From assembly GCA_963817895.1 (NCBI GenBank), contig CAWFQB010000001.1:1634021-1698020 (forward strand): a stretch of 64,000 nt of DNA, in the 5' to 3' direction. This document shows, one piece after another, positions 30,651 through 39,548 of this stretch. The notes under the pieces are model-generated. The model was not told the origin of the DNA. It ran no database searches and saw only the letters and a list, made by a program, of their open reading frames with translations. This stretch comes from an uncultured Chthonomonadaceae bacterium (lineage in GTDB: Bacteria; Armatimonadota; Chthonomonadetes; Chthonomonadales; Chthonomonadaceae). Both the position numbers and the translations under genes were made by a program. Every line of letters begins with the position of its first letter. Position 1 is the stretch's first letter.

Positions 30651-31421
30651 TCAGGATTGGCGGCGACGGGCGCGGCGCAGGAAAATTGCGCTGCCTGCCA
30701 TCAGTCCGAGGAGCGTTGCCAATGCGCCGGGTTCGGGCGTGATTTGTACCTGAAACAGGCTGAAATTGCCCCGCGCCGACGTGGTATCATCACCGAGAAA
30801 TAGATAGTTGGTGAAGCTGTAGGGAAGGAGAGGCGCGGCGTAGGAGTGCAGACTTCCGCCAAGAAGGGCGGTTCCGTCCGCGCTCAGGGCGTAACCCCCA
30901 TTTGCCACATCGAGAACGTAGTGGACGCGCCCCGTAGTGGTATCGAATGCGGCGTTTTCGCCACCCGCGACCGTGTGTAGAAAGGCGTTGCTTTGCGTCC
31001 ACACCTCGTTGTTCCAGAACGCCAGTTCCACGCCCTTGTTGTCGTTGCCCAACACAATCAGGCTGACGCCGGAGCGATTGGCATTGCCGTTGTGGGTTTC
31101 CGAGTTTACCTGCAAATCAAAATTGACCGAGTAGCCCCCAATGCTATCAAGCGCGAACGGCGCGAAGTAGTTGTAGCCTGCCTGGAAACCGTTGTTGCCC
31201 GTCGTGTTTACGGTTGTCGCGCCGCTTCCCGCAACGCCGCGCAGATCGGGCGTGGGCGGCGGCGATTGCGCAAAAATCCAGGTGTAGGGGGACTGGTCGG
31301 GGGTTTTGCCGATTGCGCCGTCGTACAGGGTTTGCGCGGGCGCGGCAACAGCAAGCGCGCTCAACAGCGTACAAAAAAGTCCACTCTGTATGCCACTGCG
31401 AAATTTGACGGATTTGTTCAT
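30651..31421 (-). CDS. PEP-CTERM protein (choice-of-anchor Y-like domain)
   Basis: Signal peptide; GYSVNFDLQVNSETH, NYLFLGDDTTSA; C-terminal TPEPG + TM + RRARRR. Confidence 0.85.
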   Translation of the reverse strand: MNKSVKFRSGIQSGLFCTLLSALAVAAPAQTLYDGAIGKTPDQSPYTWIFAQSPPPTPDLRGVAGSGATTVNTTGNNGFQAGYNYFAPFALDSIGGYSVNFDLQVNSETHNGNANRSGVSLIVLGNDNKGVELAFWNNEVWTQSNAFLHTVAGGENAAFDTTTGRVHYVLDVANGGYALSADGTALLGGSLHSYAAPLLPYSFTNYLFLGDDTTSARGNFSLFQVQITPEPGALATLLGLMAGSAIFLRRARRRQS

Positions 31422-31558
31422 GGATTGTCCTCGTTTCAAAATCTTAATGCGTAGGATACCGGTATATGCCTGTTCGACAAAAGCAGGCGCGTTCCTGCCC
31501 GAAAATCGGGTATATTGCGGAAAATTTCAAGATTATACGTGAAGAACGAGAGAAGACA

Positions 31559-32614
31559 ATGAACATTGGAATTATTGGGGCGGGGGGGATTGCGCAGAAG
31601 ATGCACCTGCCGCAGATTGCGGAACTGGCGCAAACCGAAGACATCCGCGTCACGCATCTGGCGGGGCGTAAGGAACACCGATTGCGCCTGCTTGCCGAAC
31701 GTTATGACGTGCCGCGCTGGACAATAAATTATACCGATCTACTTGCCGATGATAGCATAGACGGCATTATTGTCGCCCTGCCGCATCCGCTGCATGTCAA
31801 GGTCGGGCTGGAGGTGTTGGCGGCGGGCAAGCACCTGTACATGCAAAAACCGCTGTGCGCGGACATGGACGAGGCAAACGCTTTTGTCGCGGCGGCAGAG
31901 CAGACGGATCGTATTGTGTACTGCCTGCCTCATTTCAGCCCCGAAGTTTACGCCTGTCGGCAACTGGCACGCGCGGGCGCGATTGGAAAGCCGTCGAGCG
32001 CGCATTGCCGCGTCAGTCACGGAGGACCGGAAGTGTATTACGCCGAAATACGCGACAATTTCGGCGAAACGGACGAGGGCTTGTGGTTTTTTCAGCCGGG
32101 AGAAGCGGCAGTGGGCGCGTTGTTCGATATGGGCGTGTACGCGGTCGCCACGCTTGTCGCCACAATGGGCAGTGTCCAGAGCGTGATGGGGCAGACCGCC
32201 ACAGTGGACAAACCGACCATTCTGGAAGACACCGCCGCGCTGCTGCTGCGCTTTGCGAATGGCGCGATTGGCACGGCGGAAACCAGTTGGTGCGACCCCG
32301 CCCGGACGTGGCAACTGCGCCTGCACGGGACGCGGGGCAAGCTGGTTACGCCGGGACACGAGGGCGCATCCCTGACACGCTGGGAACCGGGCAGTTACAC
32401 CCGCGAAGACGAGCCTGCCGTTCCGCATAGCATAGAGGTATCGGCGTATGCGCGGGGCGACTCCCATGCCGAATGGCTGCGCTGCATCCGCAATCAGCGC
32501 CCGCCCGAACTCAGCCACGCCCGCGCCGCCCGCCACGTCACCGAAATTCTGCTTGCCGGACTGGAATCCGCCCGAACCGGGCGCAGGGTTGAGTTGCACT
32601 CTACTGCTGAATAA
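31559..32614 (+). CDS. Gfo/Idh/MocA family oxidoreductase
   Basis: IGIIGAGGIA, GKHLYMQKP, GALFDMGVY. Confidence 0.9.
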   Translation: MNIGIIGAGGIAQKMHLPQIAELAQTEDIRVTHLAGRKEHRLRLLAERYDVPRWTINYTDLLADDSIDGIIVALPHPLHVKVGLEVLAAGKHLYMQKPLCADMDEANAFVAAAEQTDRIVYCLPHFSPEVYACRQLARAGAIGKPSSAHCRVSHGGPEVYYAEIRDNFGETDEGLWFFQPGEAAVGALFDMGVYAVATLVATMGSVQSVMGQTATVDKPTILEDTAALLLRFANGAIGTAETSWCDPARTWQLRLHGTRGKLVTPGHEGASLTRWEPGSYTREDEPAVPHSIEVSAYARGDSHAEWLRCIRNQRPPELSHARAARHVTEILLAGLESARTGRRVELHSTAE

Positions 32615-32898
32615 GACCAGGAGAAGAGGAGAAGAGGAGACAGGGAGAAAATACAGAACCATCAATAGCCTACCCTCCTCATGAATAATCCTGTTCATCC
32701 TGAAAATCTTGTCTATTTTCTTCTCTTCTTCTTTTCTCTGTTGGTTCGGAAGGAGTTGGCGTGACGCATGGCGAATAAAGCGTAAAGTGCTATTCTATCT
32801 TCTCCTACCCTCTAATTTATGTTGGATGATTGCTGTTTTGGTTTTCAGGAGTGTGAGAAACGAGTGACGCGCGGACGCGGGAAAGGCCGAGGAGAGCC

Positions 32899-34110
32899 AT
32901 GATCTGCAAGACTTGTGGAATGGACAGCAAGACGGCGGGAACGTGCAGTTGGTGCGGGGCATCGCTGGCCGCGCCGGGCGAAACGCCTGCGGAGGTCAAG
33001 CCGGAGCGGGCGCGGCCTGTTGTTCGGGAAGAAACGGAACCCGACGCGCCGGAGACTGAAGTAGAGATTGGCAAGGTGCTGTCCCTGCACACCCTGCGAA
33101 CAGAACCGGGCGCAACGGGACAGGAGGCGCAGTCCCCGCCTGCCTCGCACCCAAAAATTACGTCTGCGCGTAAGATGGCGCCGCCCGTGCCGCTGTCCGG
33201 CAGCAAATCGCGCCCGCCCGCGCCCGCCGCGCCGCCCCCTTCCATGCGGCCCCCGGCTCCGCTGAACATTGGCGGGGCTGAAAAAACGCCCACTGCGCCC
33301 GCCCACGCGCCGATTGCCTCGCTTCAGGATCAGGCCGACGCGCTTGTGGTTTCGTCCCCTGCGGCAAGCGCGTCCGCCTTCCTGTTATTGCCCGCCTCTG
33401 CCCCTGCCGAAGCCGCATTGCCCACTCCGTCGCTTTTGTCCACTTCTCCTGATCTGACTGCCCCTGCCGGTAAGCCGGAAACGGCCATCGGCAGCGGCGT
33501 CACTCCTCCCAAATCCGCGACGCCCCCCGCGTCTGCAAAACCGGTCGTGATTACAGACCAACAGAAACGCGCAGCCGTAGACGCGGCGATGGCCGAATCC
33601 CTGCAATCGCCAACCGAACTGCTGGGGCGCTATCTCGGCGTGTTCGCGGTTATTCTGCTCGTGGCGGGCGTACTCGCGCATTTTCTGCCGCGCTTCTACT
33701 GGATTCCCATGAGCGTCGCCATGTTCGTTGCCGCGATGCTGCTGCCCATCATGCGCGTCACGCCCTGGGTGGAGGAGGATGCGGAGGACGTAGCCCTGTT
33801 CGTCGTCCTGACGCTGGTATTCGGGCCGCTGATCGCGCTGGTTATTTACGGCGTGGTGGCGGCGGTCCGGCAGTCCTTCAATGCGTCCGTGTTGGGCGCG
33901 CTGGCTGTGACCGCGCTGCTGCGCATCGTGGCGGAAGCGGCTGCGGGGCGTGTGTCCGGTGTCAGCCAATTGTTTGCCATGACCTCGCCCTTCGCCGGTT
34001 TGCAGCATGTAGACAGCGGCATCTTCAAGCAGCTTCTGCTCAACTGGTCGGGCTTCGCCGCTCTCGCCGGCTGGTACGCGGCCAGTTCCTTCCATAAGGA
34101 GGACGAGTAG
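32899..34110 (+). CDS. Membrane protein with N-terminal zinc ribbon and Pro/Ala-rich linker
   Basis: CKTCG...CSWCG; low-complexity linker; multiple C-terminal TM helices. Confidence 0.75.
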   Translation: MICKTCGMDSKTAGTCSWCGASLAAPGETPAEVKPERARPVVREETEPDAPETEVEIGKVLSLHTLRTEPGATGQEAQSPPASHPKITSARKMAPPVPLSGSKSRPPAPAAPPPSMRPPAPLNIGGAEKTPTAPAHAPIASLQDQADALVVSSPAASASAFLLLPASAPAEAALPTPSLLSTSPDLTAPAGKPETAIGSGVTPPKSATPPASAKPVVITDQQKRAAVDAAMAESLQSPTELLGRYLGVFAVILLVAGVLAHFLPRFYWIPMSVAMFVAAMLLPIMRVTPWVEEDAEDVALFVVLTLVFGPLIALVIYGVVAAVRQSFNASVLGALAVTALLRIVAEAAAGRVSGVSQLFAMTSPFAGLQHVDSGIFKQLLLNWSGFAALAGWYAASSFHKEDE

Positions 34111-34240
34111 GCAAAGGATGAAGGATGAAGGATGAAGGATGAAGCAAATGCGTATCACTCCTATTTGGTTACTATGTATTAAGGCTCACATAAGGACGGG
34201 GATTGTTTTCATCCTTCATCCTTCATCCCTCATCCTTTGC
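34111..34240. repeat. Inverted tandem-repeat hairpin, unit GGATGAA / TTCATCC
   Basis: gcaaa(ggatgaa)4 immediately after stop 34110, and (ttcatcc)~4tttgc at 34208-34240. Confidence 0.85.
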
Positions 34241-34387
34241 TTTTCCCCGTGATAGCACGAGCCGGGAAACGGCGGGTTTTGCGGAACAACACATACGGAA
34301 GCGTTTCGGGTTGTGGGAACAGGAAACTCCTGCCGGACGCGCTTCACCGCCACAATAGCGTGGCTTAAACGTAAGGGGGTGTTGTTC

Positions 34388-34582
34388 ATGTCCGTAAACA
34401 ATAGCGCTTTATCCGCCGTGCTTGATAGAGTGATTGTAGCCCTGATGATCGCCATTGTGGTGACGCTGGCATGGCCGGTCAGCCTTGCGCTTGGGGCGCA
34501 GCCACCCCGCGCCGATACTTCGGTTTGCCTGCAATCGCGGCCCGTTCACACGAAAGTGAAATTGTTGGGAATCAAATCTTGA
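34388..34582 (+). CDS. Small membrane protein (hypothetical)
   Basis: AAGGGGG RBS-like sequence; single hydrophobic segment. Confidence 0.4.
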   Translation: MSVNNSALSAVLDRVIVALMIAIVVTLAWPVSLALGAQPPRADTSVCLQSRPVHTKVKLLGIKS

Positions 34583-34608
34583 CATCCGGGGGTAAGCTGT
34601 GCTATATT
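34579..34608 (+). promoter_or_regulatory. sigma-70 promoter of the tRNA pair
   Basis: TTGACA-N18-TATATT with extended TG. Confidence 0.55.
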
Positions 34609-34642
34609 ATTCCCAGCACAACCGTTAAGCGGGTACGCTTGC

Positions 34643-34723
34643 GGGGAAGTGGTGAAATGGTAGACACGCATGCCTTAGGAGCATGTGCCGCAAGGCATCA
34701 GGGTTCGAGTCCCTGCTTCCCCA
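34643..34723 (+). tRNA. tRNA-Leu (anticodon TAG)
   Basis: Acceptor GGGGAAG/CTTCCCC, D-loop TGGTAGAC, anticodon arm CATGC-CTTAGGA-GCATG, long variable arm, GTTCGAGT T-loop; CCA not encoded. Confidence 0.95.
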
Positions 34724-34769
34724 TGTGTGAATACCAGATACATGTACAGAGCATGTACAGTATGTCTGC

Positions 34770-34841
<72 letters not shown>

Positions 34842-34843
34842 TT

Positions 34844-34880
34844 GGCCCGTTCTCAAAACCGCCTCTTTGAGAATGGGCTT
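34844..34880 (+). terminator. Terminator after the tRNAs
   Basis: gcccgttctcaaa...tttgagaatgggc + ttt. Confidence 0.6.
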
Positions 34881-35032
34881 TGCGCTGTTTACAGGTTTTT
34901 TGTTTGTATGCCTCACGCTTCACGCATCCGATTGTTTTCACATTCTCCCACACTGTTTGCCTGAACATTCATCAATTTTTTCATCGACACTCACTTTTGA
35001 ACGCGAACATTCGATACAAAGGAAATTCAGCC

Positions 35033-35509
35033 ATGCGCGTAAGCACTCCTCTGTTCAGTCTGGCCTGTATTGGCTTCATCAGTTTTGTCGGCTGCGGCGG
35101 AGCCGGTATCGGCACACTCCGCGGCGGAGAAGTTTCCGTTTTCGCAGGCAGCTATGGCGGCGGTTATACGGGAACTCATGGCGAGAACGGATTGATGACT
35201 CTCAGCGTTGCCAGAGATGCGTCCTTCCTCGGCACGATTACGGCGGGAGAAAAAGAGGGGGTCATTTCCGGGATTGTGGCGAAGAACGGTCACTTCAACG
35301 CCAGTTACCATTTCAACAATGAAACCACCGTCTATTCGGGAAGCGGCATTATGACTGAACCTGTTACTACTCCCGCCACCACCACCACAGATGCCATGGG
35401 AGTCACAACAATGCACCCGGCGATGCGCGGCTTCGATGGCATCTGGAATCTTGATAAACCGACGGTTACCACACTGTCCTTTGAGGTGTCCGGTGTGACT
35501 GGCACTTAA
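35033..35509 (+). CDS. Putative lipoprotein
   Basis: MRVSTPLFSLACIGFISFVG-CGG lipobox-like sequence; AAAGGA RBS. Confidence 0.7.
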   Translation: MRVSTPLFSLACIGFISFVGCGGAGIGTLRGGEVSVFAGSYGGGYTGTHGENGLMTLSVARDASFLGTITAGEKEGVISGIVAKNGHFNASYHFNNETTVYSGSGIMTEPVTTPATTTTDAMGVTTMHPAMRGFDGIWNLDKPTVTTLSFEVSGVTGT

Positions 35510-35552
35510 TTTCTATTGCGGTCGCAACATGAATTGTTGCAAGCCAATGACA

Positions 35553-35597
35553 AGCAAACAATCGGTCAGGAACTCATGTTCCTGACCGATTGTTTGC
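35553..35597. terminator. Bidirectional terminator between convergent genes
   Basis: gcaaacaatcggtcaggaac-tcat-gttcctgaccgattgtttgc. Confidence 0.75.
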
Positions 35598-35624
35598 ATT
35601 TCTCTGTATGAACAGAGCGCGAAA

Positions 35625-36035
35625 TTACCAGCGATTGCCGCCGCCACTGTCGCGATCACGGCCACCGCCGCCACCGCCGTAGCCACCGCCGCCACCGGAA
35701 CGACCACCGCCGCCACCGCCATAACCGCCGCCGCCACCGCTGCGTCCACCGCCACCGCCGCCATAACCGCCGCCGCCGCTCCGCTCTTCGCGGGGCTTGG
35801 CTTCGTTGACGGTCAGGGTGCGTCCGCCCATCATCGTGCCGTTAAGGGTGTTGATGGCCGCCGTCGCTTCCGCGTCCGTCCCCATTTCCACAAAGCCGAA
35901 GCCTTTGGACTGGCCCGTGTACTTGTCGGTTACGACGCTGGCCGAGGTGACCGTGCCGGACGCGCTGAACAGGGTTTCCAGGTCGCTGTCGCTGGTGGAG
36001 TAGGGCAGTCCGCCCACATAAATACGTGTAGCCAT
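35625..36035 (-). CDS. RRM RNA-binding protein with Gly-rich tail
   Basis: RIYVGGL (RNP2), KGFGFVEM (RNP1), LTVNEAKPRE, GGGGYGGGG repeats. Confidence 0.95.
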   Translation of the reverse strand: MATRIYVGGLPYSTSDSDLETLFSASGTVTSASVVTDKYTGQSKGFGFVEMGTDAEATAAINTLNGTMMGGRTLTVNEAKPREERSGGGGYGGGGGGRSGGGGGYGGGGGGRSGGGGGYGGGGGGRDRDSGGGNRW

Positions 36036-36318
36036 TGTGCAATGGCTCCTTTCTTCATTTCCGCAAAGGGAAAACTGTTATAGCATCACCCACGGAATTT
36101 CTGAAAAAAATTCAGAGAGTATCCCGAAAAGCGGAATGACGCCGGGAGCAAAGAGGGAAAGCCTATGTTTATCTTCCCATCTGGAACAAGCGGCAGGAAA
36201 GGAGAAAAGAGCCTTGCACAGGGGGCAGCAACACCATCGTCACTACGGGCGCGTCGCTGCATCAGCAAACAGGGTTCCATCAAGTTTCATGTCGTCGCAC
36301 AGACACGAGTATTATACC

Positions 36319-38710
36319 CTATTTTAGCGGGGTTTGCGCTACAGAAAATTTAATTTTCAGCGAAATATCGCCCCGCGCCCGCAATTTTAGCGTCAAACTG
36401 CCCGCCTGAAAGCGGAAAGGGGTTGGATTGCCGTTGTATGTGACGGAAACAGGAACGCGCCCGTTCTGCGCGCGGGCGGTCAGCGTCCAATCCGTCGGCT
36501 GATTGAGATGAAAAGACAGGGAAACCTCCGCGCCATTTGGCGCTGCGCTGCCGTCGAGATATGCGGCTGGCCGCCATTCCGTCAGCAGCAGGGGCGCGTC
36601 ACGGGAAAGCAGCTCCGCAACCACATTCGGCCCAATCCAGCCGTTGTTGCGGTTGGTCTGCGCAGCGGCAACATAACTCCATAATACAGGCGTTGGTTCG
36701 CCAGGCAGGGCGCGGGCAAAAATGTGCGGAAAGGTTACATAGATGGAGTTGCCTTTGTAGGTTGTGGCAAACGGATAGACAACATCGCCTTTGTACCACT
36801 CGGGAAAGCCGCGCGCGTATTCGGCCTCGTAATTCGCCAACGCGCTTCCGCCGAACGCCTGTATCGCCGCGTACAATTCCGGCAACACGCCATCCCCCGA
36901 AAGCGCGCTCGTCGTGTCCCACGGATCGTCGTCTTCCAATCGGGCGCGGGTAAAACCCTCCATTTCGTGAAAGCCCAAAACCACGCTTTTCGGCCCGATT
37001 AAGCCCGCTTTACGCGCCCATGCCGTATACCAGAAGCGGGCCACTGTCGGCACGGCGATACGGGCGGATTGGGCGGCGAAATGCTGCTCCGCCGTTTGGT
37101 CGCCCAGCGCGCGGGCCATTTTCAGGCAGGCAAGCGTACCGCAAAACGTCGCCGCGAGCGGGTCGCCCGTTCCCGTGCTGTAACCGTGATCGGCATTCAC
37201 AACCGTCATCCACGCCCAATCGTCGCCAAGATCGAAGTAGCGATAAATGCGCCGTACATCGTTCCAATGCGAACGGACGAACTTCCAATTGCCCGTATAC
37301 TGCGCGTACTTGTACAGTCCATACAGCGGCAGCGCGTCGCCCCAGTCCAGATCATAACGCCGTTTGTTGGGTCCGGCAATGAAATACGTCCACAGATACG
37401 ATTGCCCGCGTAAACGGCTCGGTTTCCGTTTTCCATGTGGCGGGTTTGGGCGCGGGGAAAGCCTTGCCTGCCCCGTCGTTTTGCGGCAGAGAAGTGGCAG
37501 ACGGTTGGGGCGCATACGGCGGAAGCGCGAACGCAAGCGGCAGATAACGCTTCCACGCGGCCTGCAATTCCATTTTTCGGGCGGGAGTCAGATATGTCAG
37601 GGCCATTTGCGCGTTCGCCATGCCCGCATAGCCCAGGTCAACCGCGTTGCTCGCCCAATCGCCGCCAAGATGCCCCACCAGTTCATTCAGCAGGCGGGCA
37701 TTATCTTTTGCCTTGCTCTCGTTCGCGTTTGCGGTGTGGGCGCGAATATAGCCCCGCTCGTCCGTTGGCGGCACGGGCAGAGTATAGCGCAAAACATTGC
37801 CGCGAACATACGCGAAATCGCCCCATTTCGTCCTGCAGTCCGTAGAAACCAGTTCGCCTTTGAGGGAGACCAGGTAGCCATGCGCGCGGGCAAACGCGAG
37901 AACGGGCGGCAGGGGCGCGATGTTCTCGCCGTCGTGATTGCGTTGGTAGGTTTCCGTGAAGGTAACGCTTTTGCCGTCCGGGGTGAGTTGGCTTTCGTTG
38001 CGTTCGCGGACGGGCAGGGGAATGGAAGCCCACCGCCAGCACTCCATCCGCAGTTCGGCGCTTTGCAGGCCAGACAGATTCGGCGCAAGTTCGCGTGAGC
38101 CAAGCGGCGTTATAAATCGAACCTCGCCGATCTCCTCCTGCGCCTCCATGCGAAATTCAGCCTGATTAAGCCACAGTCCGTATTGAGTTTTCGTTGGCTG
38201 AAAGCCAGGACGAAACGCAATCAGCAGGCACATGGAAGCCCGGTCCCGCCGCCGCAACACCAGACCGTCGCAAAAGCCCGATTTCCGAATGGGCGGCAGG
38301 CTGGTCATAACTATAGGAATCGGCTTGCCAGTATTGTCGGAAAAGCGCAGCCGCATTTGCCTGCCATACGTCGCGCCAAAGCCGGGGTACAGCAGGGTAT
38401 AGCGCAGTTGTGTCGGCTCGTCCGGCCCGCCGTTCACAAGCCGCAGAACCTTGCCCGTCGTATCAATCGCCGCTACCTGCGCCCGCGCTACATTCGCCGC
38501 GCCATCGCCAAATGTCACTTGCAGGGGCGTGTTCGCAGGCGGCGCGGCAAATCCCTGCGGCGACACATTCAGCGTCAGCAGGCCATCGTCGTTGAAGCGT
38601 CCGAACCGTCCGAACTGGCGGGAAGCGCCAACCGGCGCGGATTGCGCGAATGTAACGACAGGCAAAAGCAGCAACAAACCGAAAGAGAACAGGCGGATAA
38701 AGAGGTTCAT
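36319..38710 (-). CDS. Large secreted hypothetical protein, possibly a helical-barrel glycoside-hydrolase-like fold; indel near 37405
   Basis: Signal peptide; ORF 37352..38710 (...WKTETEPFT) continues as GQSYLWTY...DLDWG...LYGLYKYAQYTGNW in ORF 36319..37536. Confidence 0.65.
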
Positions 38711-38725
38711 ATTCCGAATCAGAGT

Positions 38726-38773
38726 ACCTCACCCCAACCCCTCTCCTTGCCGCGCAACGCGCCAGGAGAGGGG
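38726..38773. repeat. REP-like palindrome, copy 2
   Basis: acctcaccccaacccctctccttgccgcgcaacgcgccaggagagggg. Confidence 0.75.
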
Positions 38774-38780
38774 CTTTTCA

Positions 38781-39395
38781 TTATGCATGCGCAGAAGTTT
38801 TGCGATTTTTGATGAACCCGACCACTTTTTTGCCGGTTTTTACGCTTATCCAAACCATTAGCAGAGCGCAGGAGATCAGGATAACTGCGAAGATAAACGC
38901 GACAACGGGCGCGTGGATAGCCATCCAGACTCCCCCCGCCACAACGACATCTTCAAGCAGCGAAATGCCCAGGTTCGCGCTGCCGCCATGAAACGGGGCC
39001 AACACGGTGGATTTGGCGCGGGTGACGGCTTTACCGGCGTGAACGGAAAGGGCCGAGCCGCCGCCCACAATCAGGCCCAGAAGCATTGCCAGTTTGGGAT
39101 CAAGATGGGTGAGCGTGGCAGACGCGAGAATAGCCCCGGCAAGCGGGCGAGCGAGTGTGCCAACCACATCCAGAGCATGGTCAATCACAATCACTTTGTC
39201 GCCCAAAAACTCCAGCAGCGTGGCAATGCCAAGCACAATCAATACATCCACATGTGTCAGGAGGGCAAATTCAGGATTGATAGGCACAATCCCCATCCGC
39301 GCCAGCAACCCGAGCAGCAGCAGGGGCAGACACGCCCGCAGCCCGGAACACGCTCCCAGTGAAACGCCCATCAACACCTGCAATCCCGTACTCAT
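38781..39395 (-). CDS. DUF4126 membrane protein
   Basis: GLRACLPLL, LEFLGDKV..IDHALD, RPLAGA, N.GISLLED. Confidence 0.85.
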   Translation of the reverse strand: MSTGLQVLMGVSLGACSGLRACLPLLLLGLLARMGIVPINPEFALLTHVDVLIVLGIATLLEFLGDKVIVIDHALDVVGTLARPLAGAILASATLTHLDPKLAMLLGLIVGGGSALSVHAGKAVTRAKSTVLAPFHGGSANLGISLLEDVVVAGGVWMAIHAPVVAFIFAVILISCALLMVWISVKTGKKVVGFIKNRKTSAHA

Positions 39396-39422
39396 GTTCC
39401 CCTCCCACGCTCATTACGGGAA

Positions 39423-39548
39423 GGATAGGTTTCAGGTTTCAGGTGTCAGGTGTCAGTTCACCTTCTCCTTCTGATGCTGATACCAATATGAAGAAGGAGC
39501 AGAAAAGGAATTGCCTGAAACCTGAAACCTGAAACCTGAAACCTATCC
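39423..39548. repeat. Inverted tandem-repeat hairpin, unit TTTCAGG / CCTGAAA, overlapping the RNAP-like stop
   Basis: ggataggtttcaggtttcaggtgtcaggtgtcag vs ctgaaacctgaaacctgaaacctgaaacctatcc. Confidence 0.85.

Noticed and set aside
35630..35785. GC-rich tandem repeats
   Set aside because: They encode the ordinary Gly-rich tail of the RRM protein.
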